From positions 2,759 to 66,758 of the forward strand of contig QHSA01000134.1 of assembly GCA_003220315.1 (NCBI GenBank): DNA of 64,000 bases, given 5' to 3'. Shown piece by piece: positions 52,576-60,975 of the stretch (within the stretch, counting starts at the first letter, position 1; every line of letters begins with the position of its first letter). A program made the position numbers and the translations under genes. The notes beneath the pieces were generated by a model. The model worked only from the letters and a program-made list of their open reading frames with translations, was not told the DNA's origin and searched no databases. The DNA is from Candidatus Rokuibacteriota bacterium. Its GTDB lineage: Bacteria; Methylomirabilota; Methylomirabilia; Rokubacteriales; CSP1-6.

Positions 52576-54348
52576 ATGAAACATTGGACCGACCTCTTCA
52601 AGTTGGTGGTTGCGTTGCTCACGCTGGCCGTCCTGTTGCCCGCACCGGCCGCCCTGGCCGGGTCCTCGGCGGACGAGATCAAGAACTGCCCTGACCAGAA
52701 CTGGTGCGCCTACCATCGCACGGTGGATACCGCGTGGCGGCACAGCCCGCTGACCCAGGTCAACACCACGAATGTGAAGCGGCTGCGCCCGGTCTGGATC
52801 TTCCAGCCCGGCGACCCGCGGATGGGCCTTCACAGCACGCCGCTGGTGATCGACGGCAATATGTACGTGTCCACGAACCCGTCGACGGTCTGGAAGCTCA
52901 ACGCGACGACGGGTGAGCGGATCTGGGCGTACGTCCCCAAGATGGACGACGCGATCGTGTCCCGCTCGTTCTTCGGCCACACCCGCGGCCTGGCGATCGG
53001 CGACGGGCGCGTGTACATGGGGCTCGCCGACGGCCGTCTGGTCGCCCTCGATGAGGGGACCGGCAAGGTCATCTGGGACCGGCAAATCGTGAACTCCAAG
53101 AAGGACACCGCCGGCTTCAGCGGGGCGGCGACCTTCGTGAACGCCAACCTGCTCGTCATGGGGCAGAACGGCGGCGAGTATCCGGTCGAGGGAAAGATCT
53201 TCGGGATCAACCCCAAGACCGGCGACATCAAATGGATCTTCTACACGACGGGGCGGGACGATCCGAAGGCCCTGGCGACCTGGAAGGGCGACTCCTGGAA
53301 GTATGGCGGCGGCGGATCCTGGCAGCCGGGGTCGATCGACTACGAGAACAATCAGATCATCATCGGGGTCGGGAACCCGAATCCGGACTACGACTACTGC
53401 GGCGAAAAGTGCCTGGACCCGAACGCCGACGGCTGGCGACCCGGCGGGAACCTCTACACCTCGTCGACGGTCGCCCTCGACCTCAACACCGGTAAGCTGA
53501 ACTGGTTCTTCCAGGAAGCACCGGCCGATCCCTACGACTACGACGCGTCCCCGGGTGAGTACGTCCTGTTCGATGACTCGCAGAAGGGAAAGCTCGTGCT
53601 GCATCCAGGGAAGAACGGGTTCAACCACGTGCACGACCGGAAGACGGGCAAACCCCTCAACGTCTACCCGGACATGAAGTCGTTCAACTGGACGACCGGG
53701 TTCAACCTGGAGACGGGCAAGTGGGAGAACATGCTGTGGCCGAAGGCAGGGGTGAAGACCCTGGTCTGCCCCGCCATTGATGGGGGGCATAGCTGGAACG
53801 CCGGGGCGTACAGCCCCCAGACGAAGCTCTTCTATCGCATCGCCAACGAGTGGTGCATGGACCTGACCGTCTCCCCGAAGGGCGGGGGAACGACGATCAC
53901 AGCGGGATCCGAGAGTCGCATCACCGAGCCCTTCGCGCAGGCGTTCATGAGCGCCGAATGGGTGGGCGCGAACCCGCCAGGCGACACCGCCCACGGCCGC
54001 CTGACGGCCCGTGATCCCGTGAGCGGGAAGATCGCCTGGGAGAAGCGGTACGACCTGATTCCGCACTCCGCGCTCCTGTCCACCGCCGGCGGGCTGGTCT
54101 TCGTGGGGACCATCGACGGCTTCGTCGAGGCGCTCGACGCCAAGACGGGCGACAGGCTGTGGCGGTTCAACAACGGCACCTCCCACAACGGAGGGATCGT
54201 CTCGTACTCGGTTGGAGGGAAGCAGTACATCGCGGTGGCGACGGGCCACGGTTCCTACGTCGGGAGGGCCCTCGCCGACCACTACCACAAGGACAAGTTG
54301 CTCAACTTCAAGGAGAGCGCCGCGGTCGTGGTCTTCTCGCTCGACTGA
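52576..54348 (+). CDS. secreted PQQ-dependent dehydrogenase (methanol/ethanol/glucose dehydrogenase superfamily), atypical
   Basis: Signal peptide; RHSPLTQVNTTNV.RL..VW, STPLVIDG, GGEY, GGGSW, GNP, YDYD and VCPAIDGGHSW; GGAGG RBS. Confidence 0.9.
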   Translation: MKHWTDLFKLVVALLTLAVLLPAPAALAGSSADEIKNCPDQNWCAYHRTVDTAWRHSPLTQVNTTNVKRLRPVWIFQPGDPRMGLHSTPLVIDGNMYVSTNPSTVWKLNATTGERIWAYVPKMDDAIVSRSFFGHTRGLAIGDGRVYMGLADGRLVALDEGTGKVIWDRQIVNSKKDTAGFSGAATFVNANLLVMGQNGGEYPVEGKIFGINPKTGDIKWIFYTTGRDDPKALATWKGDSWKYGGGGSWQPGSIDYENNQIIIGVGNPNPDYDYCGEKCLDPNADGWRPGGNLYTSSTVALDLNTGKLNWFFQEAPADPYDYDASPGEYVLFDDSQKGKLVLHPGKNGFNHVHDRKTGKPLNVYPDMKSFNWTTGFNLETGKWENMLWPKAGVKTLVCPAIDGGHSWNAGAYSPQTKLFYRIANEWCMDLTVSPKGGGTTITAGSESRITEPFAQAFMSAEWVGANPPGDTAHGRLTARDPVSGKIAWEKRYDLIPHSALLSTAGGLVFVGTIDGFVEALDAKTGDRLWRFNNGTSHNGGIVSYSVGGKQYIAVATGHGSYVGRALADHYHKDKLLNFKESAAVVVFSLD

Positions 54349-54453
54349 GATGTACGCGCGAGGTGGGACAGGGGCGTGCTCCCTTGTCCCACCTGACCTT
54401 CCTCCGCCCACCAAGGCGCGGGCCTCGTCCCCGACGACCGAGGACAACCAGCG

Positions 54454-54891
54454 ATGACGCTCAACCTGGGCACGCGGCGAGTGCGTTGTCTCGCCCTCGT
54501 CCTCGCGCTCTGCGGGGTCGTCGGCGTCGTGGCGGCGGGGGCGCAGATGACCGGCCCGCCGTCCGAGGAGAAGCGGTCCCCCAAACCTCAGAGTTCTGCG
54601 ACCAACCCGGTCTCAGGCCAGCCCGAGGCGATCGACGCCGGACGCAAGCTCTACGTCATCTGGTGCGTTCAGTGCCACGGCCCCAAGGCGGACGGCGTGT
54701 CGCGATTCGGCAAGTACGCGGCGGACCTGCGCGTCTTCTGGCGGGGCTACGGCGAATTCGTCACGATTGTGAAGAACGGACGGGTCGACCGGCAAATGCC
54801 GCCGTGGAAGGAAGTCCTGGACGATGCCAAGATCGCGCAACTCGGCGCCTTTCTCGAGACCCTCGCCGAAGAAGGCGCGAACTGGAAGTAG
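54454..54891 (+). CDS. periplasmic class I c-type cytochrome
   Basis: Signal peptide, CVQCHG heme motif, distal Met in QMPPW. Confidence 0.88.
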   Translation: MTLNLGTRRVRCLALVLALCGVVGVVAAGAQMTGPPSEEKRSPKPQSSATNPVSGQPEAIDAGRKLYVIWCVQCHGPKADGVSRFGKYAADLRVFWRGYGEFVTIVKNGRVDRQMPPWKEVLDDAKIAQLGAFLETLAEEGANWK

Positions 54892-54892
54892 C

Positions 54893-55291
54893 ATGAGGGC
54901 TCCTTCGGCCGTGATCCTGGTGGTCGGCGTCGTTGTGGGGCTCGCCCACGCCGGCGAATATCTGCAGACGCTGAAGGAGGGCTCCTGGGTGTGCACCACA
55001 CCCGAAACCTACGACCTCGCGATCGCGGAAGCGCGAAAGCCCAACAGCAATCTGGAGGACCTGAAAGAGCGCTTCGTCGCGGAGAAGCTGTGCATCTACG
55101 CCGACGCGGAGTTTGTCGAGAAGATGATGGTCCCCTTCGCCAAGGTCCTCGAGCGTCAAGGCGCCAAAGTGAAGGTGACGTTCACCGTGCAGTTCCGCAA
55201 GCGCCTCGCGATCCTGCACAGACAGGTTTCGCGCGTGACGTTCGTCGGATGGACGGACGCGAGTAACCTCGAAGACAAGGAGATCCTCTAG
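54893..55291 (+). CDS. secreted hypothetical protein (132 aa, two Cys)
   Basis: Signal peptide ending in AHA; starts 1 bp after the cytochrome stop. Confidence 0.7.
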   Translation: MRAPSAVILVVGVVVGLAHAGEYLQTLKEGSWVCTTPETYDLAIAEARKPNSNLEDLKERFVAEKLCIYADAEFVEKMMVPFAKVLERQGAKVKVTFTVQFRKRLAILHRQVSRVTFVGWTDASNLEDKEIL

Positions 55292-55316
55292 AGCGTCCGC
55301 GGCGGCGCGGCGCGCC

Positions 55317-55901
55317 TCAGGTCTGACTCGGGTCGAGCCAGGCGCGCGGGACGGCCGGGGCGTGCCACGCGGCGAACCGGTCGAGGAGCTCGGGCGCGCT
55401 CCTCCCGACGAGGAGCAGCGCGGCGTATTCCGCCCGCACGAAGCCCTCCCGGACGGCGTGGCCGAGCATCCGCTCGAGCCCGTCCCAGTAGCCCTCGACG
55501 TTGAGCACGCCGACGGGCTTCCGGTGGATCCCGAGCTGCGTCCACGTCAGGACCTCGAGCGTCTCTTCGAGGGTGCCGAGGCCGCCGGGAAGCGCGACGA
55601 ACCCGTCGGAGAGCCGGGCCATCGTCGCCTTCCGCTCGTGCATCGAGCCCACCACCCTGAGCTCCGTGAGCCCGGTGTGGGCGAGCTCGCGCGTGGCGAG
55701 TGGTCCCGGGATCACGCCGATCACCTCGCCGCCCTCGGCGAGGGCCGTGTCGGCGAGCACGCCCATGAGGCCCACCGAGCCGCCGCCGTAGACGAGCCCG
55801 AGCCCGCGCGTGGCGAGCTCCCGGCCGAGCGCGCGCGCCGCGTCGCGATAGGCGGGGCGCGCGCCCTCGGCCGAGCCGCAGAAGACGCAGATCCGCCTCA
55901 T
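55317..55901 (-). CDS. LOG family phosphoribohydrolase (TIGR00730-like)
   Basis: ICVFCGS, LVYGGGSVGLMG, MHERKA and PGGLGTLEE. Confidence 0.92.
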   Translation of the reverse strand: MRRICVFCGSAEGARPAYRDAARALGRELATRGLGLVYGGGSVGLMGVLADTALAEGGEVIGVIPGPLATRELAHTGLTELRVVGSMHERKATMARLSDGFVALPGGLGTLEETLEVLTWTQLGIHRKPVGVLNVEGYWDGLERMLGHAVREGFVRAEYAALLLVGRSAPELLDRFAAWHAPAVPRAWLDPSQT

Positions 55902-55908
55902 CCGGCGT

Positions 55909-56772
55909 TCATCCCCGGAGCGACACCACGAACTCCGCCGAGAGCGTCCCGCGATAGACCTCCTCCACCGGCCCCTCGAGGCGGAGCGACCAGTCGGGCC
56001 GGACCTCGATCACGAGCTCGCCGCCCGGCATGCGCACCCGCACGCGCCCCCAGTCGCACAACCCGTTCTTCACGGCGGCGGATGCGGCGCCGCAGGACGA
56101 CGAGCCGGACGCCAGCGTGAACCCCGCGCCCCGCTCCCAGATGAGGATGTCGAGCGTGTCGCGCGCGCGGGGGCGCGCGAACTGGACGTTCGTCCGGTTG
56201 GGGAAGGCCGGATGGGTCTCGATGAGTGGCCCGAGCCGGCGGCACTCGGCGTCGTCCAGGCGGTCGACGAATGTCACGCAGTGCGGGTTGCCGACGGAGA
56301 CGGCGGTCACGCGGAGCGTGGTGCCGTCCGCGAGCTGGAGCGGGACGCCGACGACCTCGCGGTCGGGTCCGTTCATCGGGATCTCCGGCGCGCGGAACGT
56401 GGCGCGGCCCATCTCGACCGTCACGAAGTTCACCCGCCCGTCCCGGACGTGGCACTGGCACTCGACGAGGCCGCCCTTCGTCTCCACCGTGAAGGTCGGC
56501 GTCTTCGCCCGCCCGTGATCCCAGAGGTACTTCGCGAAGATCCGGAGGCCGTTGCCCGACTTCTCCGCCTCGCTGCCGTCGGGGTTGAAGATGCGGAGAC
56601 CGAAGTCGGCGCGCGTGCTGGGCACGAGCAGGAGGATCCCGTCGGAGCCGACCCCCCAGTTCCGGTCGCAGATCTTCTGGATCGCGCGGGTGGACAACGG
56701 CTCGTGCAGATCCGCCTGGTCGACGACGACGTAGTCGTTGCCGAGCCCGTGGCCCTTCGCGAAGGGGATCAT
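55909..56772 (-). CDS. dapF: diaminopimelate epimerase family protein with both catalytic Cys replaced by Ser
   Basis: KGHGLGNDY, GVGSDG, IFNPDGSEAEKSGNG, VGNPH, RTNVQF, WERGAG.TLASGS and MPGG. Confidence 0.7.
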   Translation of the reverse strand: MIPFAKGHGLGNDYVVVDQADLHEPLSTRAIQKICDRNWGVGSDGILLLVPSTRADFGLRIFNPDGSEAEKSGNGLRIFAKYLWDHGRAKTPTFTVETKGGLVECQCHVRDGRVNFVTVEMGRATFRAPEIPMNGPDREVVGVPLQLADGTTLRVTAVSVGNPHCVTFVDRLDDAECRRLGPLIETHPAFPNRTNVQFARPRARDTLDILIWERGAGFTLASGSSSCGAASAAVKNGLCDWGRVRVRMPGGELVIEVRPDWSLRLEGPVEEVYRGTLSAEFVVSLRG

Positions 56773-57932
56773 GCGCGGCCGAGCTCCACCCGCCGCCCAT
56801 TCTCAGCGGACACGTACCCCGCGTAGATCACCTCGACGACCTCTCGCGCGAGCAGCGCGCCCGCCAGCGGCTCGCGCCGCTCGCGGATTGCGTCCACGAA
56901 GTCGGCGAGCTCTTGCGGGTAGCCCCGCATCCAGTCCTCCTCGGGGCTCGGGAACTGCCAGCCGGCCTTGGTCTCGACCTTCTCCGTGATGTACTCGTCG
57001 CCCCAGACGGCGCCGTCGGGGGCGTACGCCGCCACGGTGGTGTTCGGATTGATGTTGGCGTGGATCACGCCGTTCGTCAGGTACGCGGTGACGACGTTTC
57101 GGACGCCGCCGAGGGTGGTGTCGTTGGAATGGACGGTCGCCTTCGTGCCGTCCTCGAAGGTGATCACCGCGACCGCCCAGTCTTCGACGTCCTCCGCCTT
57201 CGTCGCCAGGTAGCGCCTCTCCTGCGCGACCGTGGGAAGCCTGGTGAGCTGGGCGACGTCGGCCAGGACGGTCCGCGCCCGGATGGGGCGCCCGTGTCGC
57301 CGGAGACCCTCGGAGTGCTTGAGGTGGAGGACGACGCCCACGGGATGCGAGCCCATCCGGAGCAGCGAGCCCCCGCCCGAGGTCCGCCAGCGGGCCGCGT
57401 ACGCGGCGTGGGAGCCCCCGTGGCTCTCCTCCGCGCGGAGCTCCAGGATCGCGCCGCCCGACGCGTCGAGCAGCCGGCGAAGCTTGGCGACCGGCGGCGC
57501 GTAGACGAAGTCCTCCGCGTAGCAGAGCGTCACGCCGGCACTCGTGACGGCGTCGAGCACGGCGTCCGAGTTGCGGAGCGCCGCGGCGCGCATCGCCTCG
57601 CGCGGCTCCGTCGCCTCGCAGAAGGCACCCGTCAGCGGCTTCTCGACGATGACGTGCTTGCCGGCGCGCGCCGCCGCGATGGCGACCTCGTGGTGGGTGT
57701 CGGTCGTCGAGCAGATGTCGACGACGTCCACGTGCGGCGACGCGCAGAGCTCGCGGTAGTCGGTGAACACGCGCGCCACGGCGTGATGCTTGGCGAAGGC
57801 CTCGGCCTGGGAGCGCGTGCGGGCGCACACGGCTGCGAGCTCGACTTTGGAGCCCACGAGCGGCCGGTAATTGACGGCGTGGAGCTCGGCGGCGAAGCGC
57901 GCCCCGACGATCCCGATGCGCAAGAGGGTCAT
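56769..57932 (-). CDS. Gfo/Idh/MocA family oxidoreductase
   Basis: IGIVGA, AGKHVIVEKP and GGGSLLRMGSH. ATG 57932. Confidence 0.88.
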   Translation of the reverse strand: MTLLRIGIVGARFAAELHAVNYRPLVGSKVELAAVCARTRSQAEAFAKHHAVARVFTDYRELCASPHVDVVDICSTTDTHHEVAIAAARAGKHVIVEKPLTGAFCEATEPREAMRAAALRNSDAVLDAVTSAGVTLCYAEDFVYAPPVAKLRRLLDASGGAILELRAEESHGGSHAAYAARWRTSGGGSLLRMGSHPVGVVLHLKHSEGLRRHGRPIRARTVLADVAQLTRLPTVAQERRYLATKAEDVEDWAVAVITFEDGTKATVHSNDTTLGGVRNVVTAYLTNGVIHANINPNTTVAAYAPDGAVWGDEYITEKVETKAGWQFPSPEEDWMRGYPQELADFVDAIRERREPLAGALLAREVVEVIYAGYVSAENGRRVELGRA

Positions 57933-57937
57933 GGTAG

Positions 57938-58129
57938 CGGGGCCCGCGAGGCCGGGGCACTCGGTGGGTGGCCTGAGACAAGGCGCGCCCCGGTGACGTT
58001 CGTCATATCGCTCCTCATTCCACCGGGGCCCGCGAGGCCGGGGCACTCGGTGGGTGGCCTGAGACAAGGCGCGCCCCGGTGACGTTCGTCATATCGCTCC
58101 TCATTCCACCGGGGCCCGCGAGGCCGGGG
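57938..58129. repeat. perfect 86-bp tandem repeat, 2.2 copies
   Basis: Unit starts cggggcccgcgaggccgggg at 57938, 58024 and 58110; the two full units are identical. Confidence 0.9.
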
Positions 58130-58949
58130 TCGACTGGCCGGCGAGGGGTGCGCTCTTCGTCCTGAGCCAGTCGCCCATCCGCTGGCCCGCGGAGCGCACG
58201 TCGCACGGCAGGCGGTGACGCCACTTCCGAGCGAAGCGCGCGAGCGCCGCGTCCCGCATGGCGAGGTCGGCGCGCTCCTGCGCGGGGTCCCGGGCGAAGT
58301 CGCGCGTGCGGGTCCGCCCGCCGTGGTGGCGGAACGGTGCCAGGACCACGAGGCAGCGCCGGCCGCGCTCCAGGACCGCGAGCGAGAGGTCGCGGTCGTG
58401 GCCGTGATAGAAGCCATAGCCCTCGTCGAAGCCGCCCACGGTCTCCATGAGGTCGCGGGGCAGGCACATGCAGACCGAGTCGACGAAGGCCACGTCCTCC
58501 CGCGGCGCCCGAACCGTCGGCGCGGGCAGGAGGCTCGAGACGATCGTCCGGCCTACCGCGCGACCGTCGGCGCGCAGCCGCTTGGCGCCGTACACGCCGG
58601 CGAGCCCCGCGCGGGGCTCGGCGAGCGCCTCGAGCAGTCGCGCCAGCCACGCGGGCTCGGAGAGCTCCGTGTCGTTGTGGAGGAAGCAGAGGACCTCGGT
58701 GTCGGCGAGCCGCCAGGCGCGGTTGAGCGCGGCGATGACGCCGTCGTTGGCGGGGCTCCGCGCGAAGGTCAACGGGTACGGATAGGGGAAACGCGCGAAA
58801 AACTCCGTCGTCCCGTCGGTGGAGCCGTTGTCCATGACGACCAGCCGGAACGGCTCGGTCGTGGCGCGGAGGCTCTCGAGACACGCGCGCGTGTCCTCGA
58901 GCCCGTTGAAGACGCACATCACGAGGCTCACGCGCGGCGCGGCGCGCAC
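58101..58949 (-). CDS. glycosyltransferase family 2
   Basis: VMDNGSTDG, FLHNDT, GGFDEGY and DRDLSL. Confidence 0.85.
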   Translation of the reverse strand: MRAAPRVSLVMCVFNGLEDTRACLESLRATTEPFRLVVMDNGSTDGTTEFFARFPYPYPLTFARSPANDGVIAALNRAWRLADTEVLCFLHNDTELSEPAWLARLLEALAEPRAGLAGVYGAKRLRADGRAVGRTIVSSLLPAPTVRAPREDVAFVDSVCMCLPRDLMETVGGFDEGYGFYHGHDRDLSLAVLERGRRCLVVLAPFRHHGGRTRTRDFARDPAQERADLAMRDAALARFARKWRHRLPCDVRSAGQRMGDWLRTKSAPLAGQSTPASRAPVE

Positions 58950-58956
58950 GGCCTCC

Positions 58957-60087
58957 CTAGCGGCGGTCGATCGGAACGTACGTGGCGTGGGTCGGGCCGG
59001 TGTATTCCGCGCGCGGCCGGATCAGCCGGTTGTTGGCGTGCTGCTCCATGACGTGCGCGGCCCACCCGGCGACGCGGCTGATCGCGAAGATCGGCGTGAA
59101 CTGGTCCGTCGGGATCCCCATCGACTTGTACGCGGCGCCCGAGTAGAGATCGACGTTCGGGTAGATGTGCTTGTCCTCGGTGACGACGCGGGCCACCGTG
59201 TTGAGGATCTCGACGTAGCTCGTGTTGCCCGCCTGCCGGCCGAGCTCGGTCGCCAGCCGGCGCAGGTGCTTGGCCCGCGGGTCCTCGACGCGATACACGC
59301 GGTGGCCGAACCCCATGACCCGCGCCTTGTCGGCGAGCGCCTTCCGAATCCACGCCTCGGCCCGCGCCGGCGACTTGATTTCTTCGACCATCCGCATCAC
59401 TTGCTCGTTGGCGCCGCCGTGGAGCGGCCCCTTGAGGGCGCCGATCGCCGACGTGATCGCCGAGTGCAGGTCGGACATGGTCGCCGCCGTCACGCGTGCG
59501 GCGAACGTGGAGGCGTTGAACTCGTGGTCAGCGTGCAGGATGAGAGCGACGTCGAATGTCTTCACCTCAAGCGGCGTCGGCCTGCCCCCGCGCAGCATCG
59601 CGAGGCAGTTGGCGGCGAGCGACAGCTTCGGATTCGGCGCGACGAGCGGCTTGCCGCGGCGGATCCGCTCCCACGCGGCGACGAGCGTCGGCATCTGCGC
59701 CGTGAGCCGCACCGCCTTGCGCGCCGTCGCCTCGCGCGAGTTGTCGGTCGCGTCGGGGTCGAAGGCCGAGAGGGCCGACACGCCGGTGCGCAGCACCTCC
59801 ATCGGCGTGGTCTTCTTCGGGAGCGCGCGGAGCAGGGCGAGGAGCCCGGGCGGGAGCTTCCGCGTCGCGGTGGCGGTGAGCGCCTTGACGTGCGCGTCGA
59901 GCTCCTTGCGGCTCGGCAGCGAGCCGTGCCACAGGAGGTAGACCACCTCCTCGAACGAGGAGTGCTCGACGAGGTCGTTGACGTCGTAGCCGCGGTAGAC
60001 CAGCCGGCCTTCCCGCCCGTCGATGAAGCAGATGTCCGACGTCGAGACGACGACGTCCTCGAGGCCGCCTTTGGCTTCGCTGCTCAT
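58957..60087 (-). CDS. gltA: citrate synthase (citrate/2-methylcitrate synthase family)
   Basis: GRLVYRGY, HADHEFNASTF, GPLHGGAN, MGFGHRVY and PNVD. ATG 60087 with GAGGGGAG upstream. Confidence 0.9.
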   Translation of the reverse strand: MSSEAKGGLEDVVVSTSDICFIDGREGRLVYRGYDVNDLVEHSSFEEVVYLLWHGSLPSRKELDAHVKALTATATRKLPPGLLALLRALPKKTTPMEVLRTGVSALSAFDPDATDNSREATARKAVRLTAQMPTLVAAWERIRRGKPLVAPNPKLSLAANCLAMLRGGRPTPLEVKTFDVALILHADHEFNASTFAARVTAATMSDLHSAITSAIGALKGPLHGGANEQVMRMVEEIKSPARAEAWIRKALADKARVMGFGHRVYRVEDPRAKHLRRLATELGRQAGNTSYVEILNTVARVVTEDKHIYPNVDLYSGAAYKSMGIPTDQFTPIFAISRVAGWAAHVMEQHANNRLIRPRAEYTGPTHATYVPIDRR

Positions 60088-60162
60088 GGGGCTCCCCTCG
60101 CCGCCGCGTGGTGAGAACGGTTTGCTTTTATCATACGTTGCCAGGCGCTTCAAGCGACGGGC

Positions 60163-60975
60163 ATGAACTTCTACGACCGCCATCCGATCAGCGAGCAGCA
60201 GGTGCTCGCCGCCGTCGCCCGGCGGCGCGGCGGTGACCTCTCGCGGCTCACTCCCGACGATCTCTTCGAGTTCGACCAGGACCACTACGGTGGCCTCAAG
60301 GCCGTGGATGACGTGGCGAGGCGGGCCGGTATCACCGCGGCGAGCCGCGTTCTCGACGTCTGCGCGGGCCTGGCCGGTCCCGCGCGCTTCCTGGCGAGCC
60401 GACGCGGCTGCCGGGTTCTGGCGCTCGAGCTCCACGCCGGCCGGGCCGCCGGCGCCGCGCGGCTCAATCGCCTGGTCGGGCTCGACGGCCTGGTCTCGGT
60501 CGTGCGGGGCGACGCGACCGCCCTTCCGTTCCGCGACGGGAGCTTCGACGCGTGCGTGAGCCAGGAGGCGCTGCTGCACGTCGACGACAAGCTCGCGGTG
60601 CTGGCGGGGTGCCGTCGCATCCTCGTCCCGGGCGGGCGCTTCGTCTTCACGGACTGGATCGCCCGCGCGACCCTCGGCGAGCGGGAGCGCGCGCGCCTCG
60701 CGGAGTGGATGGCCGCGACGACTCTCCAGTCCTTGGACGGCTACCGTGCGCTCCTCGGGCGGGCCGGCTTCGTCCGGGTCGAGACGGAGGATCTCTCCGA
60801 CGAATGGCGGCCGCTCGTGAAGGCGCGGCTCGCGACCTTCCGGGCGACGGGCATGGACACCGCCGCGCGCCTGGGCGAGGCGCGCGTCCGCGAGTACGAG
60901 CAGCTCTATGCGTTCTTCGTCGGGCTGGTCGAGGACGGCAAGCTCGGCGGCGGCCGCCTCAGCGGAAGCGCTTGA
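60163..60975 (+). CDS. class I SAM-dependent methyltransferase
   Basis: DQDHYGG, VLDVCAGLAGPAR, GDATALPF and LVPGGRF. Confidence 0.85.
   Translation: MNFYDRHPISEQQVLAAVARRRGGDLSRLTPDDLFEFDQDHYGGLKAVDDVARRAGITAASRVLDVCAGLAGPARFLASRRGCRVLALELHAGRAAGAARLNRLVGLDGLVSVVRGDATALPFRDGSFDACVSQEALLHVDDKLAVLAGCRRILVPGGRFVFTDWIARATLGERERARLAEWMAATTLQSLDGYRALLGRAGFVRVETEDLSDEWRPLVKARLATFRATGMDTAARLGEARVREYEQLYAFFVGLVEDGKLGGGRLSGSA

Noticed and set aside
52576-54348. Naming the gene xoxF/mxaF/pedH
   Set aside because: The vicinal Cys-Cys and active-site Arg of those enzymes are missing; substrate cannot be assigned.
51820-54447. 875-aa minus-strand ORF, and the N-terminal bulk of 49259-51823
   Set aside because: Shadows of the PQQ dehydrogenase, 5-FCL and polX. 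Only the last 60 codons of 49259-51823 have an RBS and were kept.
57938-58129. CRISPR array (20-bp repeat x3 with 66-bp spacers)
   Set aside because: The spacers are identical and too long, and there are no cas genes; it is a plain tandem repeat.
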